Shown piece by piece: positions 26,077 through 38,173 of a stretch of 64,000 bases of DNA. The notes beneath the pieces are model-generated. The model made no database searches, was not told where the DNA came from, and saw only the letters and a program-made list of their open reading frames with translations. The stretch is taken from the NCBI GenBank assembly GCA_025594325.1, contig JANHCV010000009.1:1550001-1614000 (forward strand), given 5' to 3'. The first letter of the stretch is position 1, and each line of letters opens with the position of its first letter. A program made the position numbers and the translations under genes. This DNA is from Blastocladiella emersonii ATCC 22665. Its lineage: Eukaryota > Fungi > Blastocladiomycota.

Positions 26077-26741
26077 ATGTCGTCCGAGTGCGCGTCGCCG
26101 CTCATGTCGCCGCTGTCGAGGAAGATGAAGACCCTGTCGATTGCGTCCACGGGTACGCACCGTCTTGAGCGATGGCACTTCGAGTCGACTGGTTCAGTCT
26201 CCTTCGGACCGGATCTCCTCCCTCGCGACACCCAGACTCATCCCCTACCCTCACGCACGCGCTAGTCCCGTTCAAAGTGCGCGACTTTGCCCACCCGCCG
26301 ACCTCGCCGCTGCACTTCGGCGTGTACCCGATCACCTCGCCCACGCCCTCGACGACGTCGGACATCGACAACCTGTTCCCGTGCCACGCGCGCGCCATGT
26401 ACGACTTCGAGGCGCAGGACCCGTCCGAGCTGAGTTTCGCCGAGGGCGCCCTCATCTACATTCTCGAGCGGAAGTACCCCGGGTGGCTGCTCGGGATTTT
26501 GGGGGATGACGAGGGGTTGGTCCCGGAAAACTACGTGTGCATCGAGGACGATACGAGCGAGAACGCGTCTGAAGCCGGTGGCGCGAGCGCGGGGTCGCGG
26601 CCAGTCTCGGGCGTCCCGCCAGAGGTCGCGGGCGCGGGACCCGCCGAGCGGCGAGCCAGCGACGCCGCGGCCGCGGCAGCAGGAGGCGGCGGCGGCGCCG
26701 CGCCGGTCGCGGGGGGCGTGCCCAAGACCATTCTCGACTGA
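26077..26741 (+). CDS. NBP2: Nbp2/Skb5-like SH3 adaptor
   Basis: Intron 26153-26265. The motif VPFKVRDFAHPPTSPLHFGVY resembles the Nbp2 N-terminal motif as I recall it (yeast ISIKDYAYADSNPLHYGY). It is followed by an SH3 domain (ARAMYDFEAQDPSELSF...GWL...GLVPENYV). Confidence 0.78.
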
Positions 26742-26839
26742 CGTTTTTGCGGGAGCAAGCGCACGAGTATACATATTTCTTCCATCGAACGCTAACAAGT
26801 GAAGTGTATTGTATGTGTTACCGCGACGGGAGAAAGAGG

Positions 26840-29013
26840 TTACGGGTGGAGGAACAGCGCGGGCGGGATCTGGCCCGCGGCCTTGGCGGCGAGGATGGCG
26901 CTCACGTCGCCCTTGGTGACCCGGAGACACTCGATGGCGCCGTCGAACGAGAGCCCGGCCTGCTGCATCGCCACGAGCACCAGCTGGTAGTCCGCGTCCG
27001 ACTACATTCGAGGCACGGCGTCAGTGTCGTCCGAGGAGGGTGGAGTGCGAAGTGAGCGTACCATGCCGGCGGGCTTTGGCGGGAGCGCGGGGGCGACTGG
27101 CGCTGGTGGCGCAGCCGCGGCTGCCGCCTCCTGCGTGCGCGCGAGGATCCACGGCAGCGGCGTGTTGGCGGCCGCGCGGACCGTCCACTGGTCCTGGATG
27201 ATGTGGCACGAGCTACACAGCAAAAGGTCAGTACCCAGCCCACGTCAAACCACGAGTAACGCACTTTGGATCGGTGGGCGACCGCAGCAGCATCATGGAC
27301 CGGTCAAAGTGGCGAGCGCGCGAGGACGTGCGCTCGAGCTCCTTGAACTCGCCGCGGATGAACACGGCAATGACGGTGCCCGCGCCGGGCGCGAGGGCGG
27401 GCATCGCCCACGCGTCGACGGCGAGGGACTCGACGACGTGCGAGGTGCGGGGGCAGTTCTGGAGCGCGGCGAGGATCGCCTGCGGTCCGTGGCGCAGGCG
27501 GGTGAACCGCGACTCGGACTCGGTGACGACGGCGAGGTTGCGCGACTGGTCGTACCGCGACACGTTGCTCCCGAGCGTCACGACCGAGAAGACGGCCTCC
27601 GGGTGGTACATGGGGAGGAGCGCGGGCCGGTTCGTGTCCATGGCGTGCATGAGGGCGTTGACGAACTGGAAGACGAGCGGCTGGATGTCGGGCGCGATCA
27701 GGCTGCCGGAGACGCGCAGCATGGTCTCCTCGGGCGACGCCACGGCGAAGACAATGAGGGCCTCGCCGTCGAGCGAGGCGAGCCGCGGGAACCGGTCCTT
27801 GGCCTGCGACCGGTATTGCTCGAGCGACGCGTTGGTGCGGGCGCGCGTGGTCTGCAGCGGGTTGTCGCGCAGGTTGAGCGCGGTGAGCGCCGGGTGCGTG
27901 GTGCTGTTGATGGCGTCGAGCCCGTTCCACCCGGTGATGTTGTTGCGGCTGAGGTCCAGGGACTCGAGGGTCGGGAACTTGCACAGCAGCTCGCCCCACT
28001 CGCCCAGGGTGCCGATGCGGTTGTTGGCGAGCGAGATGCCGCGCACGGGCACGCCGCGCTGCAAGAGCGGCGTGTAGATGAAGGGGAGGATCTTGATGAC
28101 GCCGGTGCGGTTCAGGTCCCACTTGCGGATCAGCTGGTCGTCGGCGAAGCCCGACAGGTCCAGGAACTGCGCGGCGGTGTCGTAGCGGCGCTGGACAAGC
28201 TCCAGAAGCAGCGCGGTCGAGGCCGAGCCCGCGGCGCCGGCGCCGCCGTCGAGCGACATTTGGCTGTCGGTGCGGGGGCCCATGCCCGCGGCCTCGGTGA
28301 TGCGCGGTGTCGCAATGGTGAGCTATGGGTGGCGGTTGCGTTAGCGGCGGGGATTTCGGGAACGAGGTCAGCGCGACGAGGACGACGTACCCGTGCTCCG
28401 CTGAAGCTAATGTTGTTGAGGCGCTGGAAGCTCTCGCCCTGCGGTGGCGTGCGGAGGATGAAGTAGGCGCTGGTGCCCTGGGCGGCCGACTAGATTCGGA
28501 CGGGGCGTGAGTGATCGGCAGTCTCACGGCCGGCGGGAAGAGCAGCGTACGTCGAGGACCTCGACGCGCGGGTTGGCGCGGTTGACGAGGAACGAGGTAA
28601 GCGTGCGGAGGGCAAAGTCGTGCGGGAGGTTGGAGACCTAGCAGTCGGGGGCCTCGGTCAGTAACGCGTCGGGACCGAGCAAGAACGCCAAGTAACGCAC
28701 CACTTTCATGACGGCGCCCGGCGGGTAGCTGCTGAGGCTGAATGGCGGAATGTCGTCGACTGCAGACGCCGCCGAGTTGGAATAGGACCCGCGGCCGCGA
28801 CCAGCGCTGCCGCCGCTGCTGCCTCCACTGCGGCCGCGAGAGTTGTTGTTGCTGGGCGATGGGTCGGCCGTTAGAACTTGGTTCGTCGTCCGGGGATCCA
28901 CGCGGGTCACATCGATCGCCCCGTCACGCGAGGGAGACGCACTTGTTGCTGCCACCGCCGCCGTTGCTGCCGCCGCCACTCCGCGGGCCGAGACGTTCGA
29001 AGATGCTGCTCAT
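26840..29013 (-). CDS. MEX67: mRNA export receptor Mex67/NXF1
   Basis: Gly/Arg-rich N-terminus; LRR region (VRGISLANNRI, LESLDLSRNNI, LTALNLRDNPL); NTF2-like domain (LLPMYHPEAVFS, RGEFKE, HFDRSMML); C-terminal TAP-C/UBA-like domain (GLSFDGAIECL...GQIPPALF). Multiple introns. Confidence 0.88.
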
Positions 29014-29328
29014 TTCAGCAAGTGATGTGTGAAGTCGATGCGTTGCAGAGAGTCTGGGTCGTCGGTGCGAGGTAGGGGGAGGGGATCGGGGCGGCCGAGC
29101 CGAGTCGAGTCGACTGCGAGAGACGCGGAGGGCGGGAGAAGAAAAGAGGCTCAGCTGCGTCACCTGATTCTTTGTGGGAAGAGTGACAGGGGTGGCAGCC
29201 CGTGCGTGCCCTGCCTTTTCGCTGCCTTCGCCTTCGCCTTCGCCGCCCGCCGACATCGGCTCCGCTTCGCTCCATCGCAGACACCGGCCCTCACGGCCAC
29301 CACACTCCATGCAACGCACCCTTGCACC

Positions 29329-31098
29329 ATGCACACTACCATGAACCCGCCACCGCCGCCGCCGCACGCGGTGCACCACGTCTACGACCCGATCGCCGTG
29401 CGGACCGCGTGGCGGCCGCTGCTCCCCTTGCCGCCGCCCTCACAGCCGTCCGCGGCCGCCGACCCGTTCGACGCGTGCATGAGCGCGATGCTGTCCTCTC
29501 GCCCGGTCCCGTTCGTGCACGGGGCGCACCCGGAGCACGCTTCGCGGGTGACGGTGACGGGCATGACGCGGGCGACACTCGCCGAGCTCGCCGACCGCAT
29601 CATGCACTGCACGGGCGTCGCGAGCCTGCCCGACGTGCCCGCGCGCCCCGTCGCCGTCGACCCCGCCAACTTCTCGCACACGCTCGCCTACTACTTCCCC
29701 GACTACGCCTCGCTCATGGAGCACCTGCGCAACGAGGCCTACGCGCGCAAGAAGATCAAGCAGGCCGCGCAGCGCGAGGTCAAGTTGGCGGCCGCGCGCG
29801 CGGATTTGGAGAGGGCGCGCGCGTTGTTCCACCCGCTTGCACTTCTCGCGGGCGTGCGCGGCCCGCCGCCCGTGGCCGCGGTCCTCGCCGCGCTCAACGG
29901 TACGCCCGACCCGGTTCCCGAGACGACGGCGTTCCCGCCGCTCGCGAACCCGTCCCCACCACCGCCCACCCCGCGCGCCAACGCGACGTGGTCCGCCATC
30001 GCCTCCTCGCACCTGCCGCACAAAAAGCCCGCATCAACCGCGGCCGCCCCGCGCGCACCGACCGCGCCGACGCGCTCGTCCCGCCTCTACGCCCCGCGCC
30101 GCGCGCGCCAGTCGTCGTCGCACGCCCCCGCTGCCGCGCCTGCTCAAACTGACGCGTGGCCGTCGCTTACGCCTACCCGGACTTCTACCTCCGTCTCGGC
30201 CCGCCCAACGCCCAAACCACCCTCTCTCCCGACCCCGCCGCACCACACCCCGCCACCTGCTCCCGCCGTCTCGCGCGCCGCGGCCGAGCACGACGCCGCG
30301 ATCCACGCCGCGGGGCTCGCCTCGGACCTCGACGTGTCGGGTGCCGCGCTACGCATCGTCGCGCTCGACATTGAGGCGTACGAGTTCAACCACCGCGTCC
30401 TGACCGAGTTTGGGTACACGGTCGCCGACCTGTTCCCCTCCCCTCCACACTACCCCGAAACCACGGACCCGTGCACGACGTACCTCCCCGTGACCCTCGC
30501 GGGCGACACGCGCGACGAGGACGGCATGCCGCGGGACTGGGCCCTGCGGCTCACGTCGCGGCACCTGCTGGTCCGCGAGCACCTGGGGTACCGCAACGGC
30601 GTGCGCGTGGCCGACGCGAAGGACGATTTCCACGCGCGGTCCGCCGTCCTGTCCCTGTCTGACTCTTTGGCCCACGTCGTGCGGGTGCTCGGGACCGCGA
30701 CCGCGCTCGTGGGCCACGCGATCGCGTCGGACCTGGCGTTCCTGCGCGGTGCCGGGGCGGGGCGCGCCGTGGCGACGCACGCCCCCGCGGCGGCCGCGAC
30801 GTGCGTGATCGATACCCAGGTCATGTTCAAGGCGGTCACCGCGACGCTCGACACGCTGCGGCTCGCCAAGATCCTCGACGCGCTCGCGGTCCCGTACGTG
30901 CCGCCGATCCTGCACAATGCGGGGAACGACGCGTGGTACACGATGCTCGCGTTTCTCAAGATGGCGGGGGTCGGGGTGGACGCGGCGCCGGCGTTACGGC
31001 TGCCGCGGCGGGACGAGGATACGGCGGCGGAGGGCGTCGTGGTCATGGATATCGATCTCGTGGAGACAGTGGATGACGATGAGCTCGATTACTATTAA
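29329..31098 (+). CDS. Gfd2/YDR514C/QIP-like DEDDh exonuclease-family protein
   Basis: C-terminal domain IVALDIEAYE...LTEFG, LVGHAIASDLAFL, IDTQ and LHNAGNDAWYT; Pro-rich N-terminal half; single long ORF ending TAA at 31098. Confidence 0.82.
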   Translation: MHTTMNPPPPPPHAVHHVYDPIAVRTAWRPLLPLPPPSQPSAAADPFDACMSAMLSSRPVPFVHGAHPEHASRVTVTGMTRATLAELADRIMHCTGVASLPDVPARPVAVDPANFSHTLAYYFPDYASLMEHLRNEAYARKKIKQAAQREVKLAAARADLERARALFHPLALLAGVRGPPPVAAVLAALNGTPDPVPETTAFPPLANPSPPPPTPRANATWSAIASSHLPHKKPASTAAAPRAPTAPTRSSRLYAPRRARQSSSHAPAAAPAQTDAWPSLTPTRTSTSVSARPTPKPPSLPTPPHHTPPPAPAVSRAAAEHDAAIHAAGLASDLDVSGAALRIVALDIEAYEFNHRVLTEFGYTVADLFPSPPHYPETTDPCTTYLPVTLAGDTRDEDGMPRDWALRLTSRHLLVREHLGYRNGVRVADAKDDFHARSAVLSLSDSLAHVVRVLGTATALVGHAIASDLAFLRGAGAGRAVATHAPAAAATCVIDTQVMFKAVTATLDTLRLAKILDALAVPYVPPILHNAGNDAWYTMLAFLKMAGVGVDAAPALRLPRRDEDTAAEGVVVMDIDLVETVDDDELDYY

Positions 31099-31126
31099 AA
31101 ACGCATTTCTAGACACTTCACCCTGA

Positions 31127-34100
31127 CTACACCCCCGTTGCCGCCGCGCTCACGTCGTACCACTGCGCGCGGCAATTCACCGCGGCGCGGCGCACGAGCC
31201 GCTTCGGGTCGTCGACGGCGCCCGCGAGCCCGCGGAGCACGCTGCCCTTGACGGGGAACAGGACCGCGAACTTGAGCGTCGCCAGCGCCGCGAGCGTGTT
31301 GAGCGCGGCGATCCGGACGCGCATCGGGTGCACCCGGCCACCATCGTTGGCGAGCGCGAGGAGCAGCGGGACCAGGGCCGCGACGTGGTCGGCGACCGCC
31401 GCGGGCGCGTTCTTGGTCATGAGCGCGAACGTGCTGGCCGTCGAGACCAAGAGGTCCGGGTCCGTCGCCGACAGCGCCGCGAGGAGCAGCGGGACCAGGT
31501 CCTTGACGCTGCCCAGGAGCACCTGCTGCGGCACGTTCTGCAGCAGGTGGCCGAGCGCGAGGAGGTACGCGTCGCGGTCCCCCGACCCCGCGCCCGCGAC
31601 GATCCGCGGCAGGCAGTAGTGGAACAGCCGCTGCTTGTACAGGAGCTTGACGACGGCGAAGCTGTCGCGGTTGAGCACCTGGTCGCAGTCGCCGATCAGG
31701 ACCCCGAGCCCGCGCGCGGCCTCGGCGCGCGCCCAGGCCGCTGGCCCGGAGAGCAGGTCCAGGAGGACCCCCGCGAGCGCGGTCCCGCGCGCGTGCGAGC
31801 GGAGCAGCAGGCCTTTCGCGGTCCACGTAAGGATCGCAAGCGCGCGGGCGTCGCTTGGGTTCGCCAAAATCGGCGCGAGGTGAGGGTGCGCGAGGATGGG
31901 TTCGGGCGCGGCGGACTTGTTGGCGAGGGTCCCGATCAGCTGCCCGACGGACGCCGCGGGGAGGGAGGCGTTGCCGAGGACCGACGTCAGCAGGTCGGCC
32001 TCGGGGATTGGGAGGGAGACGGTGCGGCGCGCGTTGCCGACGATGGCGACGAAGACGGGGAACGTGCGCGCGTGCGCGTACCACTGCCCCGCGAAGACTT
32101 GGTCCAGGATGCGCGACTGCGACTCGGGGCTACACGTGGCAGTGTCAGCTACGGGGCAGTCGGCAGTGCGGATGAAAAACGTACGGCGAGAGCTTGCGCA
32201 TCATAATCGCCGCAACCTCCGCGATCGTGGCGCCCGCGTGCTCGGGGAGCCGGTCGATCTGGACCACGACGATGCTCGCGAGGTGGTCGGGGTGCACCGT
32301 CTGGGCCGAGTGGACGACGGCGCCGAACGTGGTGAGGAGGTCAGGCAGCGGGCCCGCGTCCTCGCCTTCCCCCACAACCGCCGTGCTGGTCGCGAGCGCA
32401 TGGACGCGTGCGACGAGGGCCTGAACCACGTCCGCGAACAGGTCGCTCTCGCGGGCGAGGAGGGCGAGGGTCTCGAGCTTGACGGGGTTGAGCGGCGCCG
32501 CGGATTCGTGGGACGTCGCCGTCTCGAGGTGCCGCACGAGGTCCGGGAGGACCCATCCGCGGACGAGCGCAGGCGACTGCTTGGCGACTTTGGCGAGGAG
32601 CGCCATGGCCTCGCGGTGGACCTCGGACGCGCCCGCCCCGCTGCCCCCACCATTGGGCATGTCAATGGCAGCGACGAGGTGCTGGACGTACGTCGCGGCC
32701 TCGTCCTCGGCCAGCAGCCCGCGGACGGCCATGGTGTGATAAATCCCGCGGAGGCCGAGGATCTGCATGGACGTGATATTAGACCGTGCCGCGGTGAAGA
32801 AGCACCCGTACAGGTCGTTGGCGAGGAGGCGGAGCGGCTGCGGGGCCGCCGCATGCCCGGCGCACCCCTCGACGAGCTGGACGAGGGCGTCGACGAGCGT
32901 CTTCTGCTGCGCGGGGAGCTCCTCGGCGCGGAACCGGGTGATGATGAGCGGGGCGGCTTTCGCAATCACGGAATCCGCGATGCCCGGGTCGGCGCGCACG
33001 AAGGCGCGCAGGATGTGCGCCGAGACCTTGGCGAGCTTGGTCTCGGGCTGCGCGAGGTGCGTCAGGCACTCGTGCATGCCCGGGGTCAGGATCAGGTCGA
33101 CGGGGTTGGTGCGCGACTCGGACGTGATGCAGAGCACGCGGAGCAGCGTGGCGAGCGTCGTCAGGGCGAGCTCCTCGTGCGCCGCGTCGACCGAGTGGAA
33201 GATGTCGTTCTTGAGTGCCTTCCACAGCCGCGGCACGTGCGCGAGGAGCGTCGGGCCCGCGCCGTATTTCGGCAGGGCGAGGTGCAGGACGGCGAGGGCG
33301 TCGCGCTTGGCGTTGGCGTTGGTCGACTCGAGCTTTTCGAGCAGGCTCGGGATCGCGTACCCGGCGAACGACGAGGACGCGGCGAGGCAGGCGGCGAGGG
33401 CGGATTTCAGGTCGGCGGCCGAGATGCCCGAGGGGTCATCGGGCGGCGGCTTGAAGGTGATGGGGAAGTAGCAGAAGCACACCTCGAACAGGTCCTGCGC
33501 GCACGTGGCGAGGTCGCAGTGCAGGGCGAGCTGGGTCACGGTGCGGAAGGCGACCATGAGGTTGCGCGGATCCTTTTCGCCGTCCATGGCGGCAATGTAG
33601 CCGGCGAGGAAGTCGGCCTCCATTTCGCGGCGCACGTCTGGGGTTTACGAGTGTTAGTGGTGGTTGAGCGGGGGTTTGGGTGGACGCGTACAGTCGATGT
33701 GGCGGGCGGCAATCACGTCAAAGATGACAAAGAAGCGGTTGCGGACTGTCTGCGAGAAGCTCTGGACGTTGACCTCGGCAAAGATTCTGGGGATACGGCG
33801 AGGGAGTGTGAGTGGTACTCGACATGCACTGAGTGGAATGAACACGGACTTGCGAAGCAGAGCACCAATGTCCGCGTCGCTCAGACGGCCAGCAGTGAGG
33901 AGCGCGGCGATACCGAGGGCGACGTGCGGGACGCAGAGCTGCTGGTCGAGCTGGTTGATGAGGAAGTTGGCGAGGAGCGAGGCTATTGGGCGGGCGGGCG
34001 TCGTGAATGGTCGATCGGTGGGTCGCTGGGACAAGGAACGTACCCTCCTGCGGGTTCAAGCTGCCGACGCGCGCCTCGGTGACCTTGGCGAGGAACAGGA

Positions 34101-34397
34101 CGCCTACGGGACGAGATCAGCGGTCTGCCCTGCGGAGCGAAATGGCAGGGACCGTACCGCGCTCACGCACGAAGGCGTCGGTGTGGGTGAGGATCGGGCT
34201 CAACGCCTCAGTGACCTCGAGCAGCGTTGCGGCCCCATTCTCGAGCGCTACGTGAGGCGTGCCCTGTCAGACTCGATCGCTCGGGCGGGCGGGTGATGTT
34301 CCCGCGTACCCGCGGCGGTCTCGGTGGCCACGGCGGCGACGGCGGCCGGTCCGTCGGCTGCGTGCAGTTTGCCTGCAATCATTTCATTGGCTGTCAT
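31127..34397 (-). CDS. MMS19: MMS19/Met18, HEAT-repeat component of the cytosolic Fe-S assembly targeting complex
   Basis: GYIAAMDGEKDPRNLMVAF, LFEVCFCYFPITFKPPPDDPSGISAADLK, KLLYKQRLF and C-terminal DDPKRLVRRAAVNCRAQWY; several introns; ATG 34397. Confidence 0.93.
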
Positions 34398-34621
34398 GGT
34401 TGTAGGTGAAGGAGCAGAGAGGGGGAGGGGACCGAGCCGAAAAGAGACGAGGCGAAGTGAGGTCAGCCGTCACGTGGGGCGACCGACCGCCTTGCATCCG
34501 TGTTGACGGCCGCCCGATCGGCCTCCCCTCAGAGGACCCTGCCATCGCCGCTCCCTCCCTCTCTCTTCACCACAAAAGTCGCTCTGAGGCGCACACGGAT
34601 CTCCATCGAACACGCATCACC

Positions 34622-35854
34622 ATGGCCTCCCCGGCTGCTGCCGCCACCACGGCGGCTCCGGCGCTCGCCTCCATCGCGGGCCCGCGGCTCTCCCCACCAA
34701 CATCTCCACCACCACCCGCTGCGACCCTGTCCAGCGCTAAACCCAAGACCGCGACGGGCACCTCGCACCTGGCCGCCGGCGCCATGTCGGGCCTCGCGAC
34801 GTGCATCATCCTGCAACCGTTCGACGTGGTCAAGACGCGCCTGCAGCAGGCCGCCGTCGACTGCGACCGCAGCCTCGCCGAGACGGCCGCGGGGCGGCGA
34901 GGCGGCGTCCTTCCCGCGCGGCTCGCGGGGTTCCGGTCGCTCGGGATCACTGGGTATACCGATGACTCGGTGAGTGTCCCGGTTCCAGGACTGATGAATG
35001 ACGCGGGCGTGTAGCCAGATCCAGGCCGTCGTGCGCCAGGTCGTCGACGAGCGCGGCGTCCAGGGGCTGTGGCGCGGCACGTCGCCGACCATCCTGCGGT
35101 ATGCACACTGCGCTGCCCCTCCCCGCACTCACTGACCCATCCCTCACCGTCCCCAGCAACGTCCCCGGCTCCGCCTTCTACTTCTTCTTCCTGCACCACC
35201 TTCGCCACGCGCTCCACGGCTCGGGCGCCGTGTCGCGGGACACGGCCAACATGGTGTCGGGCGCGACCGCGCGCGGCGTGGCCGGCCTCATCTTCATGCC
35301 CGTGTCGGTGATCAAGGTGCGCTACGAGTCGTCGGCGTATGCGTACACGAGCGTGCTGGGCGCCGCGCGGGATATCGTGGCGCGCGAGGGCGTGCGCGGA
35401 CTGTTCGCCGGGTTCGGCGCGACCGCCGCCCGCGACGTGCCGTACGCGGGCATTTACGTCACGCTGTACGAGCAGCTGAAACCGATCGGGCTGCGCGTCG
35501 CGGGGCCCGAGTCCACGTCCATAGCGACCATGGGGAGTGGGGTCGTCGCGGGACTGCTGGCCACGGTGTTGACGCAGCCGTTCGACCTCGTCAAGACCCG
35601 CGTCCAGATCAACCCGGCAGAGTATCCCAACTCGTGGGTTGCGGCGCGCAAGGTGTTCACGGTACGTCTTTCGGGGATGCTTCCGCGACCGTCGCTCACC
35701 TCCCGGCGACGACTGTGTGTAGGGCGAGGGGATCCGCGGCTTCTTTGCCGGCATGAGCCCGCGGCTCGTGCGCAAGCCGCTGCACGCCGCCATCACCTGG
35801 ACCGTGTACGAGGAGGTGTCGGTCCTGCTCCGCAGGTCGGGGTACCTGAGCTGA
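34622..35854 (+). CDS. HEM25: Mitochondrial glycine carrier Hem25/SLC25A38
   Basis: LQPFDVVKTRLQQ, LWRGTSPTILRNVPGSAFYF, GATARGVAGLIFMPVSVIKVRYES, RDVPYAGIYV and TQPFDLVKTRVQ; introns present; TGA at 35852-35854. Confidence 0.88.
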
Positions 35855-36055
35855 GCTGAATGGGAAGTGGACCACCTCTCCAGGTATAGATTAACCTTAG
35901 TTTTGTCTCTCTCTGTCGTTGCGAGGCCTCTCCTTCGCGTCCTAAGGAGTTTTCGAGACCTGCGACCCCGCTCGTGCAGCGGCTGCCCTGAACCGACGCG
36001 CCGATCAAACACGTGAGGTTTCGCGAGACACATCATATGCGAGACACATCATATC

Positions 36056-37244
36056 CTATTCACTCGCGTGTTTGCTCCCACACCCGTCCGTCATCTCCTG
36101 CTCCTCCTCGGCCGTGAGCCGCGCGAGTGCCGCGCGCGCCGCCATCTCGCGCGGCGTCAGCTGCTGCGGCTCCCGCGCTCCCCCGCCGCCGAGAACAAAC
36201 GTTCCGCCCTGGTACCCGCCCGCATCCACAAGATCATCGTCCTCGTCCATGTCGCCGAACACGGAGCGGCCCGACAGGTTGGTGTCGAGGCGGTTGCCGC
36301 GGCGGGTCCAGTCGAGCTCGACTACACGTCCGTCCGCACGCGTGTTAGGCTCGCGCCGCAAAGCCGCGAAGCGCGGTCAGCGTACCGAGATCCTTGTTCA
36401 GCTTGCGGTTAAGCGCATGAAACTGCTCGTCGTGGTCGGAATGGACCATGTGCGCGAGCTCATGCAGGAGCACCTTGCAGACGCCGTCAAAGTGGCGGAA
36501 CCCGGCAAAGTCGTCGGTGCGCAGGCGCAGCGCGATGACCTGGCCCTTGTTGCGGTTGTACCCGAGGATCGTGTGCTCTACACGTCGCGCAAAGTCAACA
36601 CCGTCCAATCTCTATGAATCATCAAAGCGCACCGGTCGGCGAAAGCTCAATCAGCTTCCCGACGGCCCACCGGTTCGCGTCCATGATGGCGCGCACGCCC
36701 GTGTCGTCGCGCAGCCGCTCGAGGACGGCGCGCGCGCGGTCGGCTTGCGGCAGCGGGAGCACCTCGATCGCGTGGAACGTGTACTGCGATGCCGGGGCGG
36801 CGGAGGCGGGTTTCTTGGCGTACAGCGATACAGGTTTGTCTGCACGACAGCGGGAGGGATGAGTGGCGCGGAGGAGTCAAGGGCGGTGAGGAGAGCGTAC
36901 ACGGCGCAGCGGTGCGCTTGTCCTGGATCCGCTTCACGTCGGCGGCCGACGAGCCCGACAGGAGGAGTTTCGCGGAGGCCGTGATGCCGGATGCCGCGAG
37001 GTCGGCGGCGTCGTTGGCGAGCAGCTTGCCTTCACAGTCCTCAGTCAGCAGCGCCCTCACACCGCCACTTCACTCGCGTACCCTTGTACATAAGCTTCTG
37101 CCCGGCAATAGGGACCCCGCTCCACTCGGCGAGCATCTCCTTGACACTGCCGAGCGTGGTGGCGGCGGGGTCGACGGCGTCGAGGTGGAAGGTGCGGCGC
37201 TGGAAGGCGACCTCGAGCGTGATAGTGTTGTTCTGCGTCTCCAT
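36056..37244 (-). CDS. UBL-WLM metalloprotease (Wss1-family, ubiquitin-like N-terminus)
   Basis: N-terminal UBL (VKEMLAEWSGVPIAGQKLMYKG); ILGYNRNKGQVIALRLRTDDFAGFR; zinc motif LLHELAHMVHSDH; C-terminal PREMAARAALARL...GCGSK; multiple introns. Confidence 0.88.
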
Positions 37245-37471
37245 GGCGGGTTGCTTGTACGTGCTGACAGCAAGAGAGCGAGGGCGATGCATCCGGTCTT
37301 CATGCGTTGCGGTCATGGTGCACGTCGGCCGGCCGGTTGGTTAGTCAGCAGCAGGAGAGCGGGCAAGCCGCGACACGTTGCTCGTGGTCGCCGCCGCCGC
37401 GATGGTCAAGGCCGCGTGCGTGCTCCGATCGCCTTCCTCTCCCCTCTCCCCCTGAACGTCGCTCACAAACC

Positions 37472-38155
37472 ATGCAACAATACTGGCCACTCCGCCTCGC
37501 CGCCTCGCTGCGCGCGACCTTTGCCGCGTCGGGCCACGCCGCCAAGTACCTGCAGCTCGCGACGCTCGACACCGCCACCACCCCGCCGTTCCCGCGGGTC
37601 CGCACCGTCGTCTTCCGCGGGCTCGTGCAGGGCCCGCACGTCCACCTCGCCGACGCGCTGCATTCTTCGGCGGTCCCGCCGATCGCCGCCGATCCGTTGC
37701 TGCCCGTGTACCTCCTGTTCGTGACGGACGCGCGCGCGGGCAAGGTCGCGCAGCTCTCTTCCCACCAAGCAGCCGAGGCGTGCTGGTACCTCGGCGCGAC
37801 GCGCACGCAGTTCCGCGTGTCGGGCACGGCGCTCGTGGTCGGAGAAGACTCCAAGAGCGAGGGGCCTGTCGACTGGCCCGCGGTCCGCCGGCAGGTGTGG
37901 GCGGTGCAGTCGCCCGCGGCGCGCGCGGGGTACGCGGTCGGCGGGCCGACGCCGGGGAGCGTGGTGCCGCCCGAGGGGTTCGCGCCCGCGTCGGCGCCGG
38001 TGGGGAATGAAGAGGAGCCGAGCCCGCACTTTGCGCTGGTCGCGCTGCGCGCCGAGGCCGTCGACGTGCTCGATCTCACCTTGGTGCCGCAGACGCGCGA
38101 CGTGTGGACGTATTCCCCCGAAACGGGGTACGAGGTGGTGACGGTGGTTGCATAA
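37472..38155 (+). CDS. Pyridoxamine 5'-phosphate oxidase-like FMN-binding split-barrel protein (Alr4036/YGR017W-like)
   Basis: YLQLATLD...PRVRTVVFRG, FVTDARAGKVAQL and EACWYLGATRTQFRVSG; single exon. Confidence 0.82.
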   Translation: MQQYWPLRLAASLRATFAASGHAAKYLQLATLDTATTPPFPRVRTVVFRGLVQGPHVHLADALHSSAVPPIAADPLLPVYLLFVTDARAGKVAQLSSHQAAEACWYLGATRTQFRVSGTALVVGEDSKSEGPVDWPAVRRQVWAVQSPAARAGYAVGGPTPGSVVPPEGFAPASAPVGNEEEPSPHFALVALRAEAVDVLDLTLVPQTRDVWTYSPETGYEVVTVVA

Positions 38156-38173
38156 ACAGATATATCAGAAGGC

